Made by a program: the position numbers and the translations under genes
Notes under the pieces: generated by a model
Seen by the model: the letters and a program-made list of their open reading frames with translations, nothing else
The model's database searches: none
What the model was told of the DNA's origin: nothing
Part shown: in pieces, positions 42,933-51,855 of the stretch
Position numbering within the stretch: the first letter of the stretch is position 1
How the letters are laid out: each line of letters opens with the position of its first letter
Assembly (NCBI GenBank): GCA_965205615.1
Contig: CBDBHK010000020.1
Location: forward strand, 86,224-150,223
DNA from: Acidobacteriota bacterium
GTDB lineage: Bacteria; Acidobacteriota; UBA6911; RPQK01; CBDAPI01
Direction of reading: 5' to 3'
Length of the DNA: 64,000 bases

Positions 42933-43129
42933 AACCCCAAGTCGATCCCGTCAAAGGCTCCACCCATCGACTCTAAGCCGTCTCCAATCATCTCCAAGAC
43001 CTTCCACAACATTCTCAAGATGTCGATAACATCCACCGCGTCCAACGTCCTGGTCGCCGCATCCGTGGCCCTGGCTCTCAAGCTCTCGACTGCCCTCTCT
43101 ATGTCCCTTCCTTTGTTGATATTGTTCAT
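42929..43129 (-). CDS. small hypothetical protein (66 aa) overlapping the M24 peptidase start (ATGA)
   Basis: Translational-coupling geometry only. No family recognised. Confidence 0.3.
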   Translation of the reverse strand: MNNINKGRDIERAVESLRARATDAATRTLDAVDVIDILRMLWKVLEMIGDGLESMGGAFDGIDLGL

Positions 43130-43269
43130 TGCCTTCGACCTCCGTTCTATGAAGGAGGTTTCAGTCTAGCTGGAGAGTGCCCGGTCAGGCCGCAACCAGG
43201 GTGACGGTTTATGGAGTGTCACAACTGGGGGCAAAGTGGGATCGATCAACCTTTATTGTCCCATTCCCT

Positions 43270-44601
43270 TCAAGGGTACTTCGGTTCAGGTGCACGCCCT
43301 TCAGCTTGAAACGCCAGTACCACTGCCTGTTCGATCAACTCCGCGCCCCGCCGAAGTACTGACTTTCTCCAGGTCGCGTCCTGGGGGCAGAATGCATCCC
43401 CGAGCTTTCGTTTGGAGGGGTGATCGATATGCCCCTTTCCATGCTGGTGCCAGCGGTTCTCTTCTCTGAGGGCATGCAGTTGTCGCACCGGATGGTAGGT
43501 TCCAAACTCCTGGCAAACGAAGTCGGCCTTCGCCCTGGGAAGGACGCGAGGATAAAATCCACCCCTGATTCGATAGGCCACACTCTCATCGGGATCTAGC
43601 GGCTGGACACGAGGGCCAAAGATGTCACGCATCCGGTTTTGTTCCTCAGTAGAGACCAGCAGCGAGTCCTCTCCGAACGGCCCCAGTCCGGTGTGCACAT
43701 CGATGGCCACAACCTTCTCGGCTGTGTCCAGATGCTCCCCGACAAAGTCCTGATAGAGCTGCGGGCCCTGTTCCAGACTCTTCCCTCCGAAAAACAGGCC
43801 GTTCGGGTACTCGAACTGCCCTCCCGCCACGGCCTGTTTCAGAGTTGACATCCCATGTCGGAGGATCAGCCAGGCAGCTCTCAAGTAAAAGAAGTCCGCG
43901 GACGGCGGAGTGGGAGGGTTCAGAAAACTATTCAGCTTTGCATAGGATTCAGGAGCTCCGGCATAATCTTCATCTCCGGCAAGGAAGTTCCGGTTGAGAT
44001 CCACATTGTTCTCATTGACTCTTCTCAGCCAGCTCATGCCGTATGGATTGAGAACGTGGACAAGGACAATCGCTCCGTCGGCGGGAATGGCAGGCACCTC
44101 CTCCAGAAACTGCAGCTGAATGGCTGAGCCGGCAAAGCCCTCGACCCCATGTAGCCCCGACGAGTGAAGAAGGACACGGCGGGGTGCGGGATTGCCGAAC
44201 CAACCGATGTCGATGGTCAAGTCTTCACCATCCGGCCCTTTTGCATTCAGATTGAGGACTCTCAGTCGTCCCCCAGAGCTCTCGACTGCTCTTCTGAATC
44301 GAGACCGGGCTGTGACGTAATCAGGCGAAAAGTGCTCGCTGGCCATCGTATTGTCCTCCGCCCTAGTTCTTTCTGATTGTAGGAAGAAGAAGAATCCACT
44401 TCCGGCCATCAGCGTGAGGATCAAGACAATTGTGGCGACCAGAACTCCCCCAACTCTTACAGGCTTGAACCATCCTTGACCCATCAGGCTCTCCCAGCTG
44501 AGGAGTCCAACATTACTTCTGTCACCCCTTCCGAGATTCTTTCCAGCCAGTTGGGCTTGATCTCTCAATCCTGAAACGGCGCTTTTACCTGATTCACGCA
44601 T
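43270..44601 (-). CDS. membrane-anchored DUF2817 / M14 zinc-carboxypeptidase-like (succinylglutamate desuccinylase/aspartoacylase-related) protein
   Basis: A TM helix near aa 50-75. The HxxE-type zinc site LLHSSGLHGVEGFAGS, and the motifs DLNRNF, IDVHTG. Confidence 0.65.
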   Translation of the reverse strand: MRESGKSAVSGLRDQAQLAGKNLGRGDRSNVGLLSWESLMGQGWFKPVRVGGVLVATIVLILTLMAGSGFFFFLQSERTRAEDNTMASEHFSPDYVTARSRFRRAVESSGGRLRVLNLNAKGPDGEDLTIDIGWFGNPAPRRVLLHSSGLHGVEGFAGSAIQLQFLEEVPAIPADGAIVLVHVLNPYGMSWLRRVNENNVDLNRNFLAGDEDYAGAPESYAKLNSFLNPPTPPSADFFYLRAAWLILRHGMSTLKQAVAGGQFEYPNGLFFGGKSLEQGPQLYQDFVGEHLDTAEKVVAIDVHTGLGPFGEDSLLVSTEEQNRMRDIFGPRVQPLDPDESVAYRIRGGFYPRVLPRAKADFVCQEFGTYHPVRQLHALREENRWHQHGKGHIDHPSKRKLGDAFCPQDATWRKSVLRRGAELIEQAVVLAFQAEGRAPEPKYP

Positions 44602-44763
44602 TTGCTTTCTCCTTCTCTGCTATCCACGATAGTTGTGATCCAGACCGAGAAGCCACACCGGTGGGGACAGTTTTCAGAAGTGTCACCATTCGACAGGTTA
44701 GAATTGGGCAAAGCCATCAACTGGAGTTCCCCCGGTTTCGTGGACACCTAATCCTTTGGGAGA

Positions 44764-45090
44764 ATGGAGGACACGATGCCAAGAACAAGACGAGCTTATC
44801 CACCCGAGTTTCGCCAGCAGATAGTCGAGCTTCATCGAGCCGGGCGCAGCCCCGGTGAGCTGGCCCGAGAGTTTGAACCCAACGAACAGACGATCCGCAA
44901 CTGGATCGCCCAGGCAGACCTGGATGAAGGCCGTCGTAGAGACGGCCTGACGACGGTAGAACGAGCCGAGCTGCGGAAGTTGCGCAAAGAAAATAGGCAG
45001 CTGAGGGTTGAGCGGGAAATATTGGCAAAAGCCGCGGCCTGGTTCGCACGGGAGAGCGATCCGATTTCCAAGAAGTCTTCAGGTTCGTGA
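44764..45090 (+). CDS. IS3-family transposase OrfA (HTH)
   Basis: MPRTRRAYPPEFRQQIVELHRAGRSPGELAREFEPNEQTIRNWIAQ plus a leucine-zipper-like C-terminus. Confidence 0.85.
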   Translation: MEDTMPRTRRAYPPEFRQQIVELHRAGRSPGELAREFEPNEQTIRNWIAQADLDEGRRRDGLTTVERAELRKLRKENRQLRVEREILAKAAAWFARESDPISKKSSGS

Positions 45091-45474
45091 AAGTGAATCA
45101 GGCCGACTATCCAATCACCACCATGTGCCGTTTGCTGGGTGTCTCCACCAGTGGCTACTACGCGTGGGTCGATCGCGGACCTTCGACTCGAGATGAAGCG
45201 AATGCTCGTCTTCTGGAAACAATCAACGGGATCCACCAGCAAAGTCGTCGGACCTATGGAGCTCCCCGCATTACGGCGGAACTTCGAGAGGAAGGTCACC
45301 TGGTGGGCAAAAACCGGGTGGCCCGACTGATGAAAGTCGCCGGCATTGAAGGCGTTAGCCGCAGACGCAAGACACGCACGACCCTGAGAGGCCAAGACAG
45401 CCGTCCGGCTCCGGATCTGGTGGAGCGAAACTTCCAGGTCAGCCGCCCCAACCGACTGTGGGTTGCAGACATCA
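45087..45474 (+). CDS. IS3-family transposase OrfB, exon 1 (ends ..RLWVADI-)
   Basis: YGAPRITAELREEGHLVGKNRVARLMK… NRLWVADI, then interrupted. Confidence 0.8.
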
Positions 45475-46096
45475 GTGTGCCGCAGCAAGCGGCGTGAGAG
45501 ATGGGAGTAGGCCTCCCGCAACCGGCTTGCAGGAGCAGGTTGCAAACCACCGTAAGTGGCTGTGGTCAAAAGCCGCGGTCGTGAGCGTTACGGAAAAGGT
45601 GCTCTAGAAGCATCAGGTGTGGATCAGGAAGACGAACACAAGTGAACCACCGTTCAAGTGCCGAAAGGACGAGATGGTGTCGAAACCGGGGAGTTGATGT
45701 TGCCCCGGGACGAATCTGGCGGAAACCTGTCTACTGGCCAGGTGGCACCCGGCATAGAGGTGGCGTGAGCTTGATCTGGGCTCTCATGTTGAACTGCGGG
45801 AACCTGGAGCAACGATGCTAAGAGAAAGGCACAAGCAGAGAACCTGCGAGGCCGACAGTATCGAAGCGTTGCCCAGGGGCGGACAAGCTCGTAGTAGCGA
45901 TGAGGCTGTCGTAATGGCAGCGGAGCGAAGGGGCTTGGTCACTCGGCTACAGACAAGCGGCCAACTGCTAGGCAGGAGGAGCCCTTGAAAGTAGCAAAGC
46001 CATTTTGTGGCTTGAGTGATAGGAGCCGGATGAGCTGAGAGGTTCACGTCCGGTTCTTGGAGGGGCTGGGGGTGAGACTCCCCCGGCCTACTCAAC
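45475..46096 (+). ncRNA. ORF-less group II intron (622 nt)
   Basis: The 5' end is GTGTG. An EBS1 loop TGATGT at 45695..45700 sits inside hairpin CCGGGG…CCCCGG and is complementary to the exon-1 terminus ACATCA. Domain V at 46023..46056 (GAGCCGGATGAGCTGAGAGGTTCACGTCCGGTTC) carries the AGC triad and a GAGA tetraloop. Domain VI has a bulged A at 46090, 7 nt from the 3' end. Removing the intron restores the IS3 consensus [32 protein letters not shown]. Confidence 0.8.
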
Positions 46097-46557
46097 CGTA
46101 CGTGCCGAGTTGGGCAGGTTTCGTCTACCTGGCCGTAGTGGTCGACGCTTTCAGTCGTCGAGTGGTCGGCTGGTCGCTCAGAAATGATCTCAAGACCCGG
46201 CTAGTGACCGATGCCCTGCAAATGGCACTTCAAGAGCGTGAATCCAACGGGGTGATCCATCACTCGGACCAGGGGACGCAATACACGTCGATCGAGTTCG
46301 GGCTGCGCTGCAAGAGAGCCGGCATCAGACCCTCCATGGGCTCGGTCGGTGACTGTTATGACAACGCGCTGTGTGAGAGCTTTTTTGCCTCTCTGGAGTG
46401 TGAACTGATCGACCGGCACAGCTTCCGCAGCAAGCTGCAGGCCAGGCTTGCTGTCTTTGACTACATCGAGGGCTTTTACAACCCTCACAGGCGGCACTCG
46501 TCACTGGACTATCTGTCGCCGATCAACTATGAATCGAGGCACTCAGATGTGGCTTGA
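46097..46557 (+). CDS. IS3-family transposase OrfB, exon 2 (DDE integrase core)
   Basis: …[27 protein letters not shown]… HHSDQGTQYTS… DNALCESFF…. Confidence 0.8.
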
Positions 46558-46629
46558 TTCGAAAGCCGTAAACTGTCCACAAAAGTGGGGTAACTTCAAA
46601 CTGGAGCTGCGCACGAAACGGGCCCCGAA

Positions 46630-47571
46630 ATGGATCTTCGTATCAACCGGGAAAGTGAAGTCCCCATCCGAGATCAGCGGCGCGAGCAAATCATCTTTCT
46701 GGTGGCCACGACACAATTGAAACCTGAGGAGAAACTGCCGAGCGTTCGGGGTCTTGCTCGCCGACTTGGGATTCACCCCAACACGGTCAGCCGAGCGTAT
46801 GGGGAACTGGTTGAAAGGGGCTGGCTGATACGACATCGGGGGGCTCGCCTGGTGGTTCGTTCCGAGAGAGAAGACAAATCGTTGAAGCAGCCTGAGAATC
46901 TGGATGACCTTATTGACGAGATTCTGGAGAAATCAAGATCGCTTGGCTACGCGCCTCAAGATCTGAAGCAGCGCTTTCAAGAACGCATGGCAGTCCCGCC
47001 GCCCAGATCGCTTTTGGTGGTCGGACAGGAGCGAGCCCTGCGACATCTACTGCGAGCCGAGCTGAAGGAGGAGCTGTCCATGGCGATCGAGACGTGCTCG
47101 CTCGAGAGCCTGAAATCTCTGGGAGAGATTCCGGGCGTTCTAGCCGCCGCAACACCCGGTTCCTATCCGGGGGTGCGATCTCACATCGACAAGACTTGCC
47201 AGGTCGTGCGACTTGAGATGTCTCCTTATGAGGAGCACGTAAAGCTTATTCACAACCTGGGGAAGTCGGCCGTGATCGGGGTGGCTTCAATCAGCAAACA
47301 ATTCCTGGACATAGCCCGGGGCGTCCTGGCGCCAGTCGTGGGAGACAGGCACACGCTGCGAACCTTTCTCCTTCCGCAGGAACCTCCGCGAAGCCTGAAA
47401 GCCATCGATCTGATCTTTTGCGACTCGCTCGTGTTCCAACAGTTGAAGCTGTCTCATCCGGGCGATCATTCCCGGTTGGTTCTTTATCGAGCCCTTGCTC
47501 CAGCCTGTCTGGAGGAGATCTCAGGATTGCTCAATCCATCAAGATTGGATTCAACCGGGGTCTCAGATTAG
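46630..47571 (+). CDS. GntR-family transcriptional regulator
   Basis: N-terminal wHTH LPSVRGLARRLGIHPNTVSRAYGELVERGWL. The C-terminal ~230 aa domain is not assigned. Confidence 0.7.
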   Translation: MDLRINRESEVPIRDQRREQIIFLVATTQLKPEEKLPSVRGLARRLGIHPNTVSRAYGELVERGWLIRHRGARLVVRSEREDKSLKQPENLDDLIDEILEKSRSLGYAPQDLKQRFQERMAVPPPRSLLVVGQERALRHLLRAELKEELSMAIETCSLESLKSLGEIPGVLAAATPGSYPGVRSHIDKTCQVVRLEMSPYEEHVKLIHNLGKSAVIGVASISKQFLDIARGVLAPVVGDRHTLRTFLLPQEPPRSLKAIDLIFCDSLVFQQLKLSHPGDHSRLVLYRALAPACLEEISGLLNPSRLDSTGVSD

Positions 47572-47729
47572 CTATTGAGGCAAAGGTGCCGACACTTCTT
47601 ATAAGTCCGGCTTGTGAATCTCCACCCACTTCGGAAACGCTCAAACTGTCTCAAAGACCACAGGCTCAATGTGTCTCATTGCTGCTCACGGGAAACACCG
47701 GAAGTTACGCCTACCTCAACCCCTCAGTT

Positions 47730-48497
47730 CTATTGGAGCTGAGGGTCGAAGTGCACCTGGACCGAGGACGGCCCCAGGGGCTCCAGTCGGAGTTTCTTGC
47801 CTCCTTCAATCAAGGCTTCAGATAGCTTCAGCAGCTCATCCCTGATCAGCTTCCACCGATCTTGAAAACGCCGAATCTGCCAAACGTCTCCAGGGGAGGG
47901 GATTCCATCCGCGTCAGCGTCGATCACCAGGATTTCTATTTCATCGCCTTTTATTACCAGCGTGGCACCCCAAAAGAAATCTGGGCGGATTTCGATCCGC
48001 TCTGGAACAGGCTCTTCCTGCTGGTCTTGTTTTTCCGGCCATCCGGCGGTGAGGTGGTACAGTTGTCCTTCTCCGAGCAGATCGACATTGCTCCATTGAG
48101 CCTGCCTGGTCGACCAACGGCTGGAGCGGATCAGCCTGTCGTTGTAAGGGTCCCCGTCTCCGTTCTTGTCAACAAAGAGATTCCAAGGAGAATGGGGGCG
48201 GTCTCTCTTGATCCCTAGCCTGATCTCGGTGCCAGCTATCTCCAGTCCGGCTTGATTGTTTGTTACCGTCACGACTTTTGGTTTGGCCAGGTTGCTGGGG
48301 ACGCGCGGACCCCCGATGGGGGTGAGTGAGAGCTCAACGGTGGTTGCCTCTGAACCGGAAATGCTGTCCGGAGACTGATCGAAGCTCGAGTAAACCAGCT
48401 TCGGCGTCACCTGTCCGCCTTTGTCAATATGTACGTGCAGGATCCGGTCGGTCTCAACCCAGGGAGCGTCAAGCCTGCGGACTTCCTCCTGTCTCAA
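47730..48497 (-). CDS. hypothetical protein, possibly 5'-truncated by the adjacent IS
   Basis: 255 aa with no recognised domain. Its frame stays open through the IS terminus at 48525, so the native start is uncertain. Confidence 0.45.
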   Translation of the reverse strand: MRQEEVRRLDAPWVETDRILHVHIDKGGQVTPKLVYSSFDQSPDSISGSEATTVELSLTPIGGPRVPSNLAKPKVVTVTNNQAGLEIAGTEIRLGIKRDRPHSPWNLFVDKNGDGDPYNDRLIRSSRWSTRQAQWSNVDLLGEGQLYHLTAGWPEKQDQQEEPVPERIEIRPDFFWGATLVIKGDEIEILVIDADADGIPSPGDVWQIRRFQDRWKLIRDELLKLSEALIEGGKKLRLEPLGPSSVQVHFDPQLQ

Positions 48498-48888
48498 GAG
48501 GGAGTCGTCTCCCTCCAGCCTTAGCCCGCATAGATCACCGATTTGGAAATGAAGGTGATTTTGGCAGGCCGGAACGGTTTTCTGAGAGTTTCGCTATCGA
48601 TCCGGTCCAGGTCGAGTGATGCGGTGGTGTGGATGGTCGTGAATGGAGCGTTTTTCGGGTTCGGAAGAGCGTGACGGAATGCATTCAGGCAGAGCTCGGC
48701 CTGAGCGATGGAACGATTTCGTTTTTGGGGGCGTTTGATCGGGACAGACCTCAGCAGCGCAGAGGAATGGCCTGGAGGTTTCGAACGACGGCAGCGAAGA
48801 CCTCGCTGTAGGGATAGGCTTCCGACATGGAGATCCAGACGTGGCGGACCGTGAGGCGGACCTGGGCGCCGATCTTCAGGAGCTTCAA

Positions 48889-50527
48889 CCCACATTCACC
48901 ATATAGGACCCCAAGATTGCTTGTCTGAATCGATGTAAACTACTATAATTAAAGGAGATATAGCACATAAAGGGGGCAAGGAATGGCTCACCCCAAGGGT
49001 GAAGGTGTGAAGGTCGGTTTTGATGGCAGTATCAGGCTTGAGTTTCATGGTGCTAAGGTCACATCGGATGCCGGACTTCTCGCCTATCGTGATCTGGATG
49101 AGGCGTTGGGTTTATTCGATAGTGTGCCCTTCGTGTTTCACGATTCGCGGACCGGGCGCAACATCCAGCACCACCTCACGGCCTTGATGCGTCAATCGGT
49201 ATACAGCCGTCTCGCTGGCTATGAAGATGTCAACGATGCCCATCGCTTATCGGTTGATCCGACGATGCGAAGGATCACCGGAAAGAAGCTCGACGATAAG
49301 AATGCCGCCAGCGCCAACACGATGGGTCGATTTGAGACCCAGATGCTGTCCGTCGAGAACAACCTGCAAGCCCTTTCGGAAGTCAATGGTCGATGGGTGG
49401 AAAGAGCGCTGCAGAAAACAACTCATCGACGCATCATTCTGGATATGGACAGTTCAGCTAGTCCGGTCCACGGCGAGCAAGAAGCCTCTGCCTACAACGG
49501 GCATTTCGGATGCACTTGCTACCATCCGCTGTTTTGCTTCAACCAGTTCGGAGATTGCGAAGGTTTCATGCTTCGGCCCGGCAACGTGCACAGTGCGGAC
49601 CGTTGGAAGGAGATGCTGGAACCAATCGTGGCTCGGTACGAGAAGAAGAAAGTCCGCAAATACTTTCGGGGTGATGCAGCCTTCGCCAAGCCAGAGATTT
49701 ATGAATACTTGGAGGAGAAGGGCTTTTTGTATGCCATCCGGCTTCCCGCCAACCAGGTGCTTCAAGAAAAGATCGAACACCTGCTGACCCGACCGGTGGG
49801 GCGCCCACCCAGAAAACCCGTTGTTTGGTTGGCCGATTTCAAATATCAAGCCGCCAGTTGGGACCGGCCTCGTCGGGTGATTGCCAAGGTCGAGTGGCAT
49901 CGCGGCGAACTCTTTCCGAGAGTCGGTTTCATCGTGACCAACAGGAGCGCACGAGCCCAAGGGGTGGTTCACTTTTACAACGGTCGCGGCACGGCTGAGC
50001 AGTGGATCAAGGAAGGCAAGTATGCCTTGAACTGGACGCGGTTGTCCTGCCAGCACTTTGTCCCGAATCAGGTGAGGTTGGCTCTGTTTGTTTTGGCCTA
50101 CAACCTGGGCAATTTTCTGCGCCGTCTGGTCCTTCCCAGAAGAATCAAACACTGGTCCCTTCGAACCCTATTGGCCAAGTTGATCAAGATCGGAGCGAAG
50201 GTGGTTCACCATAGTCGAATCGTGACGTTTCAGATGGCGGAAGTCGCGGTCAGCAAGGAGGTATGGGCCGAGATGTTATCTCGGATTGACCGCTTGAGAT
50301 GGATCAGAGCCTAGCACCAAGTGTTTCTGATCGAATGGGTGGAGAGGTGTCTCCACTGATCAGATTTCGGCAAAGGCGCCTGGATAACTCTGGGCTTAGA
50401 GGCCCTTTTCAGGCGGAAAGATGCCGAGGGAATCGTTGACGCGAGGGTGGAGGGCTGATAAGTTTTGATCATTCATCACCGGGAGGTCAGAGGAAATCGG
50501 ATCCGAAGTTGATATGAGGAATGTCGG
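48889..50527 (+). mobile_element. second, distinct IS1380-family element (1639 bp) nested inside copy 2, with a 5-bp TTCAA target duplication
   Basis: Terminal inverted repeats CCCACATTCACCATAT and CCGACATTCCTCATAT. TTCAA at 48884..48888 and 50528..50532 occurs only once in the uninterrupted copy 1. Confidence 0.8.
48983..50314 (+). CDS. DDE transposase (IS1380-family, distinct from the 7376..8827 type)
   Basis: 443 aa. IRLEFHGAKVTSDAGLLAYRDLDEALG…YEDVNDAHRLSVDPTMRRI is homologous to, but diverged from, the other IS1380-like transposase. Confidence 0.85.
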   Translation: MAHPKGEGVKVGFDGSIRLEFHGAKVTSDAGLLAYRDLDEALGLFDSVPFVFHDSRTGRNIQHHLTALMRQSVYSRLAGYEDVNDAHRLSVDPTMRRITGKKLDDKNAASANTMGRFETQMLSVENNLQALSEVNGRWVERALQKTTHRRIILDMDSSASPVHGEQEASAYNGHFGCTCYHPLFCFNQFGDCEGFMLRPGNVHSADRWKEMLEPIVARYEKKKVRKYFRGDAAFAKPEIYEYLEEKGFLYAIRLPANQVLQEKIEHLLTRPVGRPPRKPVVWLADFKYQAASWDRPRRVIAKVEWHRGELFPRVGFIVTNRSARAQGVVHFYNGRGTAEQWIKEGKYALNWTRLSCQHFVPNQVRLALFVLAYNLGNFLRRLVLPRRIKHWSLRTLLAKLIKIGAKVVHHSRIVTFQMAEVAVSKEVWAEMLSRIDRLRWIRA

Positions 50528-51849
50528 TTCAAGCGAATCGTCTGACACTGAGCGCGAGCCAGGGGGGTCTGCTTCAGTCCGAGACGACGCAAGGCGTGCA
50601 TGAGCATGTAGGCGGCGGAGGACAGATACAGCCGGAGTTGATTGGCGCGCATCGTTGCCGCGCTGGTCCGGTCGGCGAACAGACCCAACTGCTGTTCTTT
50701 TATGCGGTTCTCCATGTCGCCCCGCGCACAGTAGAAGTCTTCGTAGAGCGCGCGGGCCCCCAGGCGTTCCGGCGACAGGGAGGTGACGACGAATCGGGGA
50801 TTGGCGCCTTTGTCCAGGAACTCGGCCTTGCCGACGACGCGTCGCTCCGAGGTCCAACTGTGGCGAGTCCGGTAGCGGAAATCCTTGAACACCCGCGCCG
50901 GTCGCCCGGTGGCGTTGAACTCGGCTTCGGCCTGAGTCATCGCTTCGGCGCTCTCTGACTTGAGCCGATCATTGTTGGCCAACCCCATCACGTAATCCAC
51001 GTGATGGTCTTCACACCAGCGGAGCAAGTCATCCCGGCAAAAGCCCGAGTCGGCCCGGATGACGATCGAGACCTCCGGCCAGCTCTGCCGAATCCGGCCG
51101 ACGATCCGTTCCAGTTCCTCCACCGATCCCGCGGCCCCATCGATATTGGAACACCGCAACCGGGCGCACAGCAGATGCTCCCCCGAGAAGATGTACAGCG
51201 GGAGATAACAGTAGTGGCGGTAGTAACCGTGAAAGAACCGGCCTTCCTGCTGGCCATGGATCGGGTCGTCGGTCGCATCCAGATCCAGCACCATCTCCTC
51301 GGGCGCCGATTCGTGGGACTCCACGAAGGCATCCACCATCCAGCCGTCGATCCGGTCCGGGTCCATCGCGATCTTCTTGTACCGCTCCTGCTCATCGACC
51401 TCGGCGCCGGTCAACTCCAACCGGTTCAGCGTACACCTGCCCGCCAGCGCCTTCCCCCGATCTGAGGCCTGCCGCCGCCTCTCCCCCAACGGATCGGCCT
51501 TATTCACCGCCACCGCCAGCATCGGATCGGTGCGCAACTGATCATGATCGTTCAGATCCTCGTACCCCAGACAGAGTCCGTAGATGCGCTGCCCCAACAA
51601 CTCCTCGACCGTGTGTTCGATCAACCGCGGATCCCGGTGATCCCTGAAACACTCAGCCAGTCCGGCGATCAGACCCGTCCCCCTCTCGACCTCTCGCAAC
51701 AGCAGCACCCCTGCATCGGAGGTGATCTTCCCGCCGTCGAACCGCGCCTTCACTTTGCGTTGAAATAGTCCGTGAAATTCGAACCTGGCTTGTTTACACT
51801 CTGTTCTCATAAGGGCCGCCTCCGTTTGCGTGTGAAAACGTTCATTCAA
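50528..51849 (-). CDS. DDE transposase of IS copy 2, C-terminally truncated by the nested insertion
   Basis: The ORF-track frame 50476..51849 matches the 7376..8827 protein up to …QCQTIRL. It then reads into the nested IS terminus. Confidence 0.75.
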
Positions 51850-51855
51850 AACGCT

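Larger units (their letters stand above)
44712..46606 (+). mobile_element. IS3-family insertion sequence carrying a group II intron inside orfB
   Basis: Imperfect ~30-bp terminal inverted repeats (AACTGGAGTTCCCCCGGTTTCGTGGACA at the left; TGTCCACAAAAGTGGGGTAACTTCAAACTGGAG at the right). orfA is 44764..45090. orfB is split into 45087..45474 and 46097..46557. Confidence 0.75.
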
